Shown: piece by piece, positions 27,190 through 37,284 of the stretch
Numbering within the stretch: position 1 is the first letter of the stretch
Layout of the letters: every line of letters begins with the position of its first letter
Source: an uncultured Clostridia bacterium
GTDB lineage: Bacteria > Bacillota > Clostridia > Oscillospirales > Ruminococcaceae
Direction of reading: 5' to 3'
NCBI GenBank assembly: GCA_944385905.1
Contig: CALWZA010000019.1
Span: 37,535-101,534 of the forward strand
DNA: 64,000 bases
The notes under the pieces: generated by a model
Databases searched by the model: none
Told to the model about the DNA's origin: nothing
Seen by the model: the letters and a program-made list of their open reading frames with translations, nothing else
Translations under genes and position numbers: made by a program

Positions 27190-29829
27190 ATGAAAAAGCT
27201 GCTTATTGCGACAGCGCTGGTTCTGTGCGCGGGAGCTGTATCCGGCTGTGCAGACGGCACTGAAAAAACAACGGAGTTTACAAACGAAGAAAACCGAATT
27301 GAGGAGGAAAGCGCGGTTATGGAAGACACTTCAAGAACCGTAATTGATTTTGACGGCGGGTGGAAGTTTTTAAAGCTCACTCAGAAAGACGGGCTCTCCG
27401 AACTGACAGTTGAGGACCCGGCTTTTGACGATTCGTCGTGGGAAGCGGTTGAGCTTCCTCACACATGGAACGCCCAGGACGGGGCTGACGGCTGGTCGGG
27501 AGCCGACGAGGGCGGAGAGCATTACTACCGAGGACTCGGAGGATACCGCAAGACCTTTACGCTGCCGCAAAGCACGGACGGCAAGAGAATTTTTATTGAA
27601 TTTGAGGGAGCGAACACAGTAACCGAAGTTTATTTAAACGGGAGCTTTGTCGGAAAGCACGAAGGAGGATATTCCGCTTTCAGGTTTGACATCACCGATT
27701 TTGTAAAGAGCGGAGAGGAAAACGTCATTGCGGTTAAAGTCAGCAACGCCCCCACTCACTACATAGCGCCTATTGACAGTCAGGGAGACTTTACGAAAAT
27801 GGGCGGAATTTACCGCGACGTCAGCATTATCGCTGTAGAGCAGACGCATATTGACCTTATGGATTACGGCTCGTCCGGGGTTTACGTCACCCCGAAAAAC
27901 ATATCTGACACAAGTGCGGATATTGATGTTTTGGTTAAAATCGCAAATGACGGCGCGGAGGATAAAAACCTGTCTGTAAATGTCGATATTCTTGACGCAG
28001 ACGGCAAAACAGCCGCATCGGGAAGCGCTGACGTTTCGGTTTCCGCGAATGAAAACGGACAGGCTTCGCTGACAATAGCCCTTGAAAACCCTGTTCTGTG
28101 GAACGGAGTTGAAAACCCTTATCTTTATACAGCGAAAGTCACGCTTTCAGACGGAGAAGAGCTTGACAGCCTCAGCCAAACCTTCGGAATCAGAACATAT
28201 TACATAGATCCTGACGAGGGATTTTTCCTAAACGGAGAATATCTTGACCTTCACGGAGTGAACTATCATCAGGACAGCTATGAAAACGGCTGGGCAATGA
28301 CGAACGAAGAGCGTGAGCGGGACTACAACATGATGATAGACCTGGGCTGCACAACAGTCAGAATGGCGCATTATCAGCACGACGGCTATGAATATGACCT
28401 GTGCGACAGACTCGGAATCACCGTATGGACGGAGATAGGCATAGTCAACACAATGGCTTATGACAACGACAATCTTGTGTTTGCGGACGGGTTTAAGGAA
28501 AACGCAAAGCAGCAGCTTTTAGAGCTTGTACGTCAAAATTACAATCATCCTTCCGTAATCGTCTGGGGAATTACTAACGAACTTTATCAGATGTCGGATG
28601 AGATTTTCGACTTTTATACCGAGCTTGTCGATCTCGCGAAAACCGAGGACTCGACAAGACTTGTCACCTATGCCGATAACCAGGTGTGGGGAAGATTTAC
28701 TGAGCTGCCGACCGACGCAGTTGGTTATAACAAATATTACGGCTGGTATATTGACGGCGCCGACGATGCATTCGGAAAATGGCTTGATGGGCGGCACGCC
28801 GCAGAAAAGCGCGGATTCTCCGTGTCTGAATACGGCGGAGGCGGAGCGATTTCACAGCACAAGGACAATATTGTCTGGGGAACAGACATTGACTCTTGGG
28901 GAGCCCGCCATCCTGAGAATTATCAGTCCGCGCTGCATGAGGACATTTGGCGGCAGTTTTCTGAAAGGCCCTACATTTGGGGAAAATATGTATGGTGTAT
29001 GTTTGATTTTGCATCCGACGGCAGGCAGGAGGGAGATACAAAGGGTCAAAACGACAAAGGACTATGCACCCGCGAGAGAGAGCCTAAGGACGCGTATTAT
29101 TTCTACAAGTCGGTTTGGAACAGCGAGCCTATGCTTCATCTGACCGAGCAGAGATTTACCGAGCGCCCGAGCCTTGTGCCGGTTGTTAAGGCATATTCAA
29201 ACGCAGATAGCGTCGAGTTGTTTGTTGACGGAGTTTCAATGGGAGCAGGTCAGAAAAACAAAACGGTGTTTACCTGGGAAAATGTTCAGATAAAAGAAGA
29301 TTCGGCAAGTGAAATAAAGGTTGTGGCGACTCTTTCGGACGGCACAACTCTTGAGGATACGGCAGAATGGACAGGATATTATGTCGAGCCGGAGGTTAAG
29401 CAGGTAAACGTAGCGCTTAACAAACCTGTTGTGTATGTGTCGTCGGAGGAAGCGGGAAACACCGCCGACAAGATTAACGACGGCACAGCGTCCGACAGCT
29501 CGCGCTGGTGCGCGGCGTCTGCGGACAGTTATCCCGCACAGGTTATAATTGACCTTGAGGATACGCATAAGCTTACAAAAATATACACTGTCACCCACAA
29601 GCCCGGTTCCCGCGCATACGGCTTTACCGTAAGCATTTCGGACACCCGGGACGGCGAGTACAAGGTAATAGTTGACCACAGCGGAAACACAGACACCTCG
29701 GGATATTTCACCGATGTTTTAAGCGAGCCCGCCGAGGGAAGGTATCTTAAGATTGAGGTTACAGGATGCAGCGACCAAAATGCCTTTCCGTGCATATGGG
29801 AAATTGAAGCCTATGAGGATGCTGAATAA
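27190..29829 (+). CDS. GH2 glycoside hydrolase (beta-galactosidase-like) with a C-terminal F5/8-type-C (discoidin) module; lipoprotein.
   Basis: Lipobox GAVSGC. Motifs are YLNGSFVGKHEGGYSAFRFDIT, HGVNYHQD, NHPSVIVWGITNE (acid/base) and VSEYGGGG (nucleophile). The tail DKINDGTASDSSRWCA..YPAQVIIDL is discoidin-like. Confidence 0.8.
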   Translation: MKKLLIATALVLCAGAVSGCADGTEKTTEFTNEENRIEEESAVMEDTSRTVIDFDGGWKFLKLTQKDGLSELTVEDPAFDDSSWEAVELPHTWNAQDGADGWSGADEGGEHYYRGLGGYRKTFTLPQSTDGKRIFIEFEGANTVTEVYLNGSFVGKHEGGYSAFRFDITDFVKSGEENVIAVKVSNAPTHYIAPIDSQGDFTKMGGIYRDVSIIAVEQTHIDLMDYGSSGVYVTPKNISDTSADIDVLVKIANDGAEDKNLSVNVDILDADGKTAASGSADVSVSANENGQASLTIALENPVLWNGVENPYLYTAKVTLSDGEELDSLSQTFGIRTYYIDPDEGFFLNGEYLDLHGVNYHQDSYENGWAMTNEERERDYNMMIDLGCTTVRMAHYQHDGYEYDLCDRLGITVWTEIGIVNTMAYDNDNLVFADGFKENAKQQLLELVRQNYNHPSVIVWGITNELYQMSDEIFDFYTELVDLAKTEDSTRLVTYADNQVWGRFTELPTDAVGYNKYYGWYIDGADDAFGKWLDGRHAAEKRGFSVSEYGGGGAISQHKDNIVWGTDIDSWGARHPENYQSALHEDIWRQFSERPYIWGKYVWCMFDFASDGRQEGDTKGQNDKGLCTREREPKDAYYFYKSVWNSEPMLHLTEQRFTERPSLVPVVKAYSNADSVELFVDGVSMGAGQKNKTVFTWENVQIKEDSASEIKVVATLSDGTTLEDTAEWTGYYVEPEVKQVNVALNKPVVYVSSEEAGNTADKINDGTASDSSRWCAASADSYPAQVIIDLEDTHKLTKIYTVTHKPGSRAYGFTVSISDTRDGEYKVIVDHSGNTDTSGYFTDVLSEPAEGRYLKIEVTGCSDQNAFPCIWEIEAYEDAE

Positions 29830-29924
29830 ATGAAAACAAATGAAATTATTTTAAAGCCTAACCCTGCTTTAAACCGTTTGGTCGGTGCTCCGGCAGTATA
29901 CGGGCTTATTAGAAGGGGAAAAGT

Positions 29925-32900
29925 ATGAGAAAAAGATTTCTTGCAATGCTGTGCTCGTCTTTGCTGTTGTTTACGTCATGCGGAATAAAAACGCCAAACC
30001 AATCAACAGACGGCGCAGATGAATCGGGAGGGAACAAAGAAATGCAAAGCTTAAAAGAGCCGCAGGAGCTTTCGGCTGACTATGTGCTGAAATACACATC
30101 TCCGGCAGACCCAAATTCTTATGACGACTGGGAACAGCTTTCACTTCCTGTAGGAAACGGGGATATAGGCGGAAATGTGTTCGGCGCGGTTGAAAAAGAG
30201 AGAATTACGCTTAACGAGAAAACCATGTGGACCGGCGGACCGAGCGAGTCACGCCCCAACTACAACGGCGGAAACATTGAGGCCAACGGACGCGGCGGTG
30301 AAACCGTAAAGGAGGTTCAAAAGCTTTTTGCCGAGGGCAGGGATGAGGAGGCGTCTGAGCTTTGCGATAAGCTTGTAGGCGATTCGGACGGCTACGGAGG
30401 CTATCAGCAGTTCGGCAATCTTTATCTTGACTTCGGAAGCGTTGAAAAAGTTGAGAATTATTCCAGAAGCCTTGATATAGTCAGCGCAACGGCGCATGTC
30501 GAATACGATGCGGACGGCGTTCATTACCGCCGTGAAATATTCGCAAGCAATCCTGCGGACGTGTTTGTTGTAAGGCTTACCTCTGAGGGCGGAGAACTTA
30601 ATCTCAACGTCGGATTCGAGCCTGAAAACGGAGGAGCCGCTCCCAGAAGCGTTAATACGGAAACTTCGAGCAATTCAATAGCCATAAACGGCGAACTTAA
30701 CGACAACGGCTTGAAATACAGCGGCTATCTCGAAATCGTCACGCCCGAAAGCGATCAGGTCAGCGCTGACGGCGGCAAGCTTGTAATCAGCGGTACAAAT
30801 GAGGCGACAATCATTTTGAGCATGACAACAGATTACGCGCTTTCATATCCGACATACCGTACGGGAGAAACACAGGAAGAGCTGCTGAAAAAAATCAAAA
30901 CGACCGTTAAATCCGCGGCTGAAAAAACCTATGAAAGCCTTAGGCTTGAACATATTGCTGATTTTTCAAGTATTATGGCAAGAACCGACCTTAACATCGG
31001 TCAGGCTGAGCCGGATATGACTACCGATCAGCTTCTCTCGGCATATAAGAGCGGCACGTTGAGCGCAGATGAAAAGGCTTATCTTGAGGTTTTGCTTTTC
31101 CAATACGGCAGATATCTTCTTATTTCGTCATCGCGTGAAAACAGTGTTTTGCCCGCTAACCTGCAGGGACTGTGGGTAGGGCGAAACGGCAGCGCGTGGA
31201 ACTCGGACTATCATATCAATGTCAATCTTCAGATGAATTATTGGCCTGCTTATGTCACAAATCTTACGGAGTGCGCCGTACCGATGATAAATTATGTAAA
31301 CGGATTCAGAGAGCCGGGAAGAAACACCGCTGAAATATATTTCGGCGTTAAGTCGACGGAGGAAAATCCCGAAAACGGTTTTACCGCGAATACAACTACA
31401 ACGCCGTTCGGATGGACGGCTCCGGGATCTGTATTTGACTGGGGATGGTCTCCGGCAAGCGTGCCATGGATGCTGCAAAACGTATGGGAGTATTATGAAT
31501 ATACTCTTGACCGCGATTATTTGGCGCAGACAATATATCCCATGCTTAAGGAAGAAGCGAAATTTTACTCTCAGATTCTTATTGAGGATGAAAACGGAAG
31601 GCTGATTTCCACACCCGCATACTCACCTGAGCACGGTCCGCGCACTAACGGCAATACATATGAACAGTCGCTGATATGGCAGCTGTTCACAGATACGATA
31701 ACCGCCGGCGAAATTGTCGGAGAGGACGAGGATTTGCTTTCGGAATGGAGAGATATTTTATCCCGTCTGCGCGACCCGATTGAAATCGGCGACGACGGAC
31801 AGATTAAAGAGTGGTATTCCGAAACAACTTTGGGAAGTGTGCCCAAGTCAGACGCCTACGGCCACCGTCATCTCTCACACCTTCTCGGACTTTATCCCGG
31901 CGACCTGATTACAGCGGACACTCCCGAGTGGTTTGAGGCGGCGAGGGTTTCCCTTGACGCGCGGGTAGACGCGTCAACCGGCTGGGCAATGGGTCAGAGA
32001 ATCAATTCATGGGCACGACTGCAGGACGGCGAGCATATGTATCGGCTTGTAGAAACGCTGATTAGAAACGGTATACTGAATAATCTGTGGGATACCCATC
32101 CGCCGTTCCAAATTGACGGAAACTTCGGTTACACCTCCGGCATTGCTGAAGCCCTTATTCAGAGCCATACAGGGTACATCAACATTTTGCCCGCTCTTCC
32201 GTCCGAATGGGACAGCGGTTCTGTCAGCGGACTTGTCGCGAGAGGTAATTTTGAGATTGGGTTTGACTGGAATGACGGCTCTGTTGCGGAGATTAGAATC
32301 AATTCTCGCGCGGGAGGAGAATGCAGGCTTAAAACGGTGTCTGAAGATATAACCGTTATTGACTCCGACGGAAATAATGTTAATTTTGAGATTTCAGACG
32401 GATTAATATGCTTTGAGACGTCGGAAGGGAAAAACTATACTGTTAAAAACAACGCTATGATCGGCACACCCAAAATCAAAGAAGTTCTGCGTATTTCAGA
32501 CAGTGAAATCAAAATCACATGGGACCCTGCCGAAAGAGCTGAAAGCTACTGTATATACCGCTCTGACGGCAGTACCGAGGCACTTCTTGCCTCAGATATA
32601 TCCGCAACAGAGTATACTGACGCCAATGCCGCATATGAAAATGACGATATTTTTTACAGTTACCGTATATCAGCCGTTAATGAGGGCGGATTTGAAGGAG
32701 ACCGGTCGCCGGACGCGGCTGAGCAAGGATGGAGAAATATTACCGTTGACTCAAACGATTCAAGAATAAAATACAGCGGACAGTGGCAGCTGTATAACGA
32801 AGGCGACCATTATATGAGCACAAATAACTGTTCATGGACGCCCGGCTCATATGCGGAGCTTGAGTTCACAGGTACGGGAATAGAGCTTTATTCCGTTGCT

Positions 32901-33125
32901 AAGCCCAATTACAACGGTGTCAATATATACATTGACAATGAAAAAGTCGGAGATTACTATCTTTTAAACGCTTCGTCAATTACGCCGAATACGCTGGTGT
33001 TTTCTAAAACCGATCTTGAGTACGGCAAGCATACAATCAAGGTAGAAGTTATGCAGGACATTGTAACAGGAGTCGGAAACCAAAGTATTTCAATTGACTA
33101 TTTCAAAGTTTATGCCGAAAAATAA
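29925..33125 (+). CDS. GH95 alpha-L-fucosidase-like glycoside hydrolase with C-terminal Fn3/CBM-like modules; lipoprotein.
   Basis: Lipobox LLFTSCG. Motifs are ITLNEKTMWTGGP, ANLQGLWV..WNSDYHINVNLQMNYWPA and FQIDGNFGYTSGIAEAL, which are GH95 hallmarks. Confidence 0.85.
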   Translation: MRKRFLAMLCSSLLLFTSCGIKTPNQSTDGADESGGNKEMQSLKEPQELSADYVLKYTSPADPNSYDDWEQLSLPVGNGDIGGNVFGAVEKERITLNEKTMWTGGPSESRPNYNGGNIEANGRGGETVKEVQKLFAEGRDEEASELCDKLVGDSDGYGGYQQFGNLYLDFGSVEKVENYSRSLDIVSATAHVEYDADGVHYRREIFASNPADVFVVRLTSEGGELNLNVGFEPENGGAAPRSVNTETSSNSIAINGELNDNGLKYSGYLEIVTPESDQVSADGGKLVISGTNEATIILSMTTDYALSYPTYRTGETQEELLKKIKTTVKSAAEKTYESLRLEHIADFSSIMARTDLNIGQAEPDMTTDQLLSAYKSGTLSADEKAYLEVLLFQYGRYLLISSSRENSVLPANLQGLWVGRNGSAWNSDYHINVNLQMNYWPAYVTNLTECAVPMINYVNGFREPGRNTAEIYFGVKSTEENPENGFTANTTTTPFGWTAPGSVFDWGWSPASVPWMLQNVWEYYEYTLDRDYLAQTIYPMLKEEAKFYSQILIEDENGRLISTPAYSPEHGPRTNGNTYEQSLIWQLFTDTITAGEIVGEDEDLLSEWRDILSRLRDPIEIGDDGQIKEWYSETTLGSVPKSDAYGHRHLSHLLGLYPGDLITADTPEWFEAARVSLDARVDASTGWAMGQRINSWARLQDGEHMYRLVETLIRNGILNNLWDTHPPFQIDGNFGYTSGIAEALIQSHTGYINILPALPSEWDSGSVSGLVARGNFEIGFDWNDGSVAEIRINSRAGGECRLKTVSEDITVIDSDGNNVNFEISDGLICFETSEGKNYTVKNNAMIGTPKIKEVLRISDSEIKITWDPAERAESYCIYRSDGSTEALLASDISATEYTDANAAYENDDIFYSYRISAVNEGGFEGDRSPDAAEQGWRNITVDSNDSRIKYSGQWQLYNEGDHYMSTNNCSWTPGSYAELEFTGTGIELYSVAKPNYNGVNIYIDNEKVGDYYLLNASSITPNTLVFSKTDLEYGKHTIKVEVMQDIVTGVGNQSISIDYFKVYAEK

Positions 33126-33151
33126 ATAATATTAGTCACACTTTACTAATT

Positions 33152-33199
33152 CCCCGTAAAAGAGCACCTTTACGCTTGCTTTTACGGGGGTTCTTTTTT
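33152..33199 (+). terminator. Intrinsic terminator after the GH2-GH95 operon.
   Basis: CCCCGTAAAA/TTTTACGGGG stem followed by GTTCTTTTTT. Confidence 0.75.
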
Positions 33200-33796
33200 G
33201 AGCGCCGCTTTCGTTATATCAATTTATTAAAAGACAATATAGATGACATATGTTTTTTATCCAATAAGATTTTAATATGAGATTTTGCTGCTGTCGACTA
33301 AATGCAGCGGCGATTAAAAGGCTTTTACATATCTGTTTTTAACTGTCTGTATTTGCACATATAAATGAGTTTTAGAATTGTTTTTATGAATATGCTTTAA
33401 TTATTTCGAAAAACTCTTTCGGCATATTTTTCCGATAGATATGGTATGACATCTGAAAATATCTCAAAATATCTTTTGCGCCTAAATTATATCATATAAA
33501 CAAACAAAAAGAGAGATAATTTATTGATTTGAATAAAAGCAACATTTTAAATTTAATTATTGATTTACAAAAACTTTTGCTTTAAATGATATAAAACGCT
33601 AACTGCTTTTTACAAAAATAGGGAGTGAAACAAACGGATCTTGTTTTGTGCTAAAGCATAACATTTTCGTAAAAGCATTTGTGCGAATGCATATTTTATT
33701 TTATGTTATCATGGGTTTCTTCGGCGGGTTCAATATAAAATATGAACAAACGGTTATTATCAATTTAGCATATTGAACAAAGTACAACATCATTAT

Positions 33797-33825
33797 TTGA
33801 CATAAGTCACAAATGCAAATATAAT
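33797..33825 (+). promoter_or_regulatory. Perfect consensus sigmaA promoter.
   Basis: TTGACA (33797-33802), exactly 17 nt, TATAAT (33820-33825). Confidence 0.6.
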
Positions 33826-33843
33826 ATATACATAAGAAAAAAT

Positions 33844-33896
33844 AACCGCAGACAATGGCGCCTGTTGTAAAAGGTCATTGCCTGCGGTTTTCTTTT
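33844..33896 (+). terminator. Leader hairpin plus U-run (attenuator) between the promoter and the ABC gene remnant.
   Basis: 14-bp stem AACCGCAGACAATG/CATTGCCTGCGGTT with one mismatch, followed by TTTTCTTTT. It starts about 12 nt after the predicted transcription start site. Confidence 0.55.
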
Positions 33897-33923
33897 AAAT
33901 ATCAGCGGAAGGAGATCTCTTAT

Positions 33924-34110
33924 ATGGAAACTATGGAAACACATGTTGAGATTATGCTCAAGAATATAGGCATGACTTATAAATCAAGCACCAATACCGA
34001 TGTTACGGCTCTGACAAATGTGACAATGGACATTCATAAAGGCGAATTCATTTCTCTGCTGGGCCCTTCCGGCTGCGGAAAAACCACCCTGCTTAGGATC
34101 ATCGCTGCAG
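33924..34110 (+). pseudogene. ABC transporter ATP-binding protein, N-terminal roughly 61-codon fragment (through Walker A).
   Basis: A good RBS (GGAAGGAG) and ATG at 33924. ..[24 protein letters not shown] is followed by abrupt loss of ABC similarity; the expected Q-loop, signature and Walker B are absent. The frame then reads through permease DNA out of frame. Confidence 0.7.
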
Positions 34111-34419
34111 ATGGTTTTGGTCAATGCAGGAGCCACACTTTCCCGGGCGGGAATCGGGTTTTTAATCGGAACAGTTCTGGGATTTGTTCTGGCTTTACTG
34201 ATGAACCTAAGCGGTACTGTGGAAAAAATTGCTTTTCCCTATTTAATGCTGATACAAATGATACCGGTATTGGGAATGGCACCTATTGTTCTCGCCCTTA
34301 CAGGAGATATTGGAACCAGCCGTATTGTAATCGCTGCGATACTTACCTTCTATCCGGTCGCGACAAATACATTGGCAGGGTTCAAAGGAGTGCAGAAAGA
34401 AAAACACGAATTAATGTAA
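34108..34419 (+). pseudogene. ABC transporter permease (NitT/TauT-type, BPD_transp_1) internal fragment.
   Basis: It is in a different frame from the ATPase fragment. [25 protein letters not shown]...[42 protein letters not shown] matches the core of SsuC/TauC-like permeases. About 70 residues are missing at each end. Confidence 0.65.
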
Positions 34420-34420
34420 C

Positions 34421-34804
34421 ATGAGAGAGGCTCCTCTATCGGAATATATTACTGTGGACACGGCAAGACTGGTTCCGGAGCCATTGCGTAATATTTCGGG
34501 CGGATACTCAGAAATCCCCCTTGAAATTCAACTACAATCCAAAACAGCAGAAAAACTTAGCTTTTATGTTCCCTGGGACGGTGTCCTGGACGGTTTTATT
34601 AAAGGCAAAGAGGCTCTGAGACAAAAGCTGGGTCTCACTTTACCGATCCAATCGGCCACCATATCAGACTGGGACGAGGGGTTCGTGCTGATTTTTGAAA
34701 CAGCACAAGTAAGTCAGACGGCAGCATTTAAAATCAATGAAAAAGATGTGTTGTATTTGCTGGAAAATTGCAGACGTCCGCCTGAAATAGAAAATAAAAA
34801 GTAG
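34421..34804 (+). CDS. Hypothetical protein (127 aa). It has no recognisable RBS and may be a C-terminal fragment of a larger lost gene.
   Basis: The frame opens only at 34415, right at the permease break. I recognise no family motif. Confidence 0.35.
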   Translation: MREAPLSEYITVDTARLVPEPLRNISGGYSEIPLEIQLQSKTAEKLSFYVPWDGVLDGFIKGKEALRQKLGLTLPIQSATISDWDEGFVLIFETAQVSQTAAFKINEKDVLYLLENCRRPPEIENKK

Positions 34805-34830
34805 ATTATATACAGAGAGGAGCTTGCAGT

Positions 34831-36096
34831 ATGTATAAGTGTAGCGAAGCGCGAATGGAAGATAAGATTAAAACATTTTCAAAATTTGGGGATGCAGGTC
34901 ATGGCGGAATTACGAGATATTCCCTGTCTCCCGAAGCCGTTGCGGCAAGAAATGAATTTATAAAGAGAATGACAGCAATCGGAGCCGAAATCGTAACAGA
35001 TGATCTGGCAAATATGTACGCTGCTATACCCGGCAGCGATCCCGGTGCTAAGAGAATTGTTATGGGTTCACATGTAGACTCAGTTAAAAACGGCGGTAAT
35101 TATGACGGTATTTTGGGTGTCATGTCAGCTATGGAAGTGCTGGAGACCGTTGTGGAGCAAAATATTCCTCACAGGCATCCTCTTACAGCAATGATCTGGA
35201 CAAACGAAGAGGGTTCACTATATCCTCCTGCCATGATGTGTTCCGGAGTTGTATGCTACGATTATCTGCCGGAAGATATTCGCGCCAAATTCAAAAAGGA
35301 GGATATGCTTAAGTCGAAAAGCATTTTAGACAATACTTCCACATTCGGGCAGGCGCTTGAAAAAAGCGGCTTTAAAGGAGAAGAAAAAAACCGCCTTTCG
35401 CCCGAAAAGTACATGTATATGTTTGAAACACATATAGAGCAGGGACCGATCCTTGAGGACAACGGCAAAGATATCGGTGTGGTAGACTGCGTTTTAGGAA
35501 TGTTTAATTATAGGGTGCGTTTTTACGGTCAGACAGTCCACGCAGGAACATTCCCTATGCCCAAAAGGCGCGACGTGTTTTTCGCCGCCGCCAAGGCACT
35601 ATGTTATCTGCACGAGGAGATCGATAAGCTCGGCGTTCCTGATTTAGTTTACACCACCGGAGAAGCTGTATGTCATCCGTGTGTACATACATGTGTGCCT
35701 GATTATTTCGATTTTTCAATAGACGCACGCCATGAAAATCCGGATATATTAAAAAAGGTGCTTGACATCGTCCTTTCCTGTGCGGATAAGGAGTGGGCGG
35801 GCTGCCGATGTGAAGTGGTAAAGGCGTGGAACCGAGATACGGTTTATTGGGATAAAAAGCTCGTTTCATATGTCAAAAAGTCGGCGGAAGAGCTTGGAAT
35901 CAAACATATGTATATTCATTCAGGCGCCGGTCACGATGCTCAGTTTGCAGCGTATATGCTACCTACAACAATGATTTTTGTACAGTCAAAGGATGGTCTT
36001 TCTCATTGCGAGCCGGAGTTTTCCTCGGTCGAACACTGTACAGAAGGCGCCAGTGTTATGCTCAACGCCGTACTTATGGCAGATACGAATGAATGA
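34831..36096 (+). CDS. M20-family Zn-dependent amidohydrolase (allantoate amidohydrolase / N-carbamoyl-L-amino-acid hydrolase type).
   Basis: Motifs are GGITRYSLSPE, MGSHVDSVKNGGNYDGILGV, ETHIEQGPILE, HAGTFPM and SGAGHDAQ. RBS GAGGAG. Confidence 0.8.
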   Translation: MYKCSEARMEDKIKTFSKFGDAGHGGITRYSLSPEAVAARNEFIKRMTAIGAEIVTDDLANMYAAIPGSDPGAKRIVMGSHVDSVKNGGNYDGILGVMSAMEVLETVVEQNIPHRHPLTAMIWTNEEGSLYPPAMMCSGVVCYDYLPEDIRAKFKKEDMLKSKSILDNTSTFGQALEKSGFKGEEKNRLSPEKYMYMFETHIEQGPILEDNGKDIGVVDCVLGMFNYRVRFYGQTVHAGTFPMPKRRDVFFAAAKALCYLHEEIDKLGVPDLVYTTGEAVCHPCVHTCVPDYFDFSIDARHENPDILKKVLDIVLSCADKEWAGCRCEVVKAWNRDTVYWDKKLVSYVKKSAEELGIKHMYIHSGAGHDAQFAAYMLPTTMIFVQSKDGLSHCEPEFSSVEHCTEGASVMLNAVLMADTNE

Positions 36097-36105
36097 TAAT
36101 ATTAA

Positions 36106-37272
36106 ATGGAGAGATATGCATGGGAAGGGATTTTTTTACCGAACAGAATCATAACAGGTGAAAACGCGTTAGAAGAACTTCCGACTCATATAGCGGAATT
36201 CGGGAAAAAGGCGTTAGTTGTAACAGGTAAAACGGTTTGTACATTGGACGGTTTCAAAAGACTTACTGATTTGCTTTCCGAATGTGGAATTACTTATAAG
36301 GTGTTTACCGGAATAACCGGTGAGCCTGACGACCGAATGATAATGGCAGGAATGGAAACGTATATAGCGGATAAATGTGAATTTATTATAGCAATGGGCG
36401 GTGGGAGTCCAATAGATTCTATGAAGGCAATTGCTGTCCGGGCAGCTACCGGAAAAAATATTTGTGATTATTATGGGACGGACATAACTGCATCACTTCC
36501 CAAAATGGTTGCTGTTCCGACAACGGCGGGCACAGGCAGCGAAGCCACACAGTTTACTGTTATTACAGATACAAGAAACAGTGTGAAAATGCTTCTTAAG
36601 GGAAAATCACTTATGCCGGATATCGCGGTAATCGATGCGTCACTGTGTGTTAGCAGCCCTAAGAATGTTACTGCGTTTACCGGTTTGGATGCGCTGACTC
36701 ATGCTGTGGAATCTTACACATCGAGACGGGCGCAACCGTTGACAGACGATATCAGCTTATCTGCCATAAAGAGAATATTCAAATATCTTGTTCGCGCGTA
36801 TAACGATGGGCATGATTTGAAAGCTCGCACGGAAATGTCGATCGCGGCTTTAGAAGCCGGAATAGCGATTAATAACGCTTCTGTTACTTTGGTTCACGGA
36901 ATGAGCCGTCCTATCGGTGCGCTGTTTCACATTCCGCACGGATTATCAAACGCAATGCTTCTTCCTGAGTGCATTAAATTTGCGAGCGATGCCGCTTGTG
37001 AAAAATTCGCTGAGTTGGCCAGGGCTATCGGTGTCGCCGCTTCAGAAACAAGAGACAGCGTGGCAGTCGATTGTTTTATTGAGGCCTTGTGTAATATTTG
37101 CCGTCAGTGTGATATCCCTACCTTACGGGAATATGGTGTAAATAAAAAAGATTTTTATGACTCTATGAACAAAATGGCAGATGACGCATTGCTTTCAGGA
37201 AGCCCGGCAAACACTATCAAAGAAGTATCTAAAGCAGATATTTTGAAAATATACGAAAGATTATTGCTATAA
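36106..37272 (+). CDS. Iron-containing (group III) alcohol dehydrogenase.
   Basis: Motifs are GGGSPIDSMKAIA, VAVPTTAGTGSEAT, GLDALTHAVE and the HGMSRPIG..HIPHG metal-binding histidines. Confidence 0.85.
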   Translation: MERYAWEGIFLPNRIITGENALEELPTHIAEFGKKALVVTGKTVCTLDGFKRLTDLLSECGITYKVFTGITGEPDDRMIMAGMETYIADKCEFIIAMGGGSPIDSMKAIAVRAATGKNICDYYGTDITASLPKMVAVPTTAGTGSEATQFTVITDTRNSVKMLLKGKSLMPDIAVIDASLCVSSPKNVTAFTGLDALTHAVESYTSRRAQPLTDDISLSAIKRIFKYLVRAYNDGHDLKARTEMSIAALEAGIAINNASVTLVHGMSRPIGALFHIPHGLSNAMLLPECIKFASDAACEKFAELARAIGVAASETRDSVAVDCFIEALCNICRQCDIPTLREYGVNKKDFYDSMNKMADDALLSGSPANTIKEVSKADILKIYERLLL

Positions 37273-37284
37273 TATCTTGAATGA

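Noticed and set aside
33855-33923. Upstream extension of the ABC ATPase ORF to the ATG at 33855, as in the ORF track.
   Set aside because: The extension is translated through the leader hairpin and U-run. The ATG at 33924 has a proper RBS (GGAAGGAG) and matches where ABC ATPases begin.
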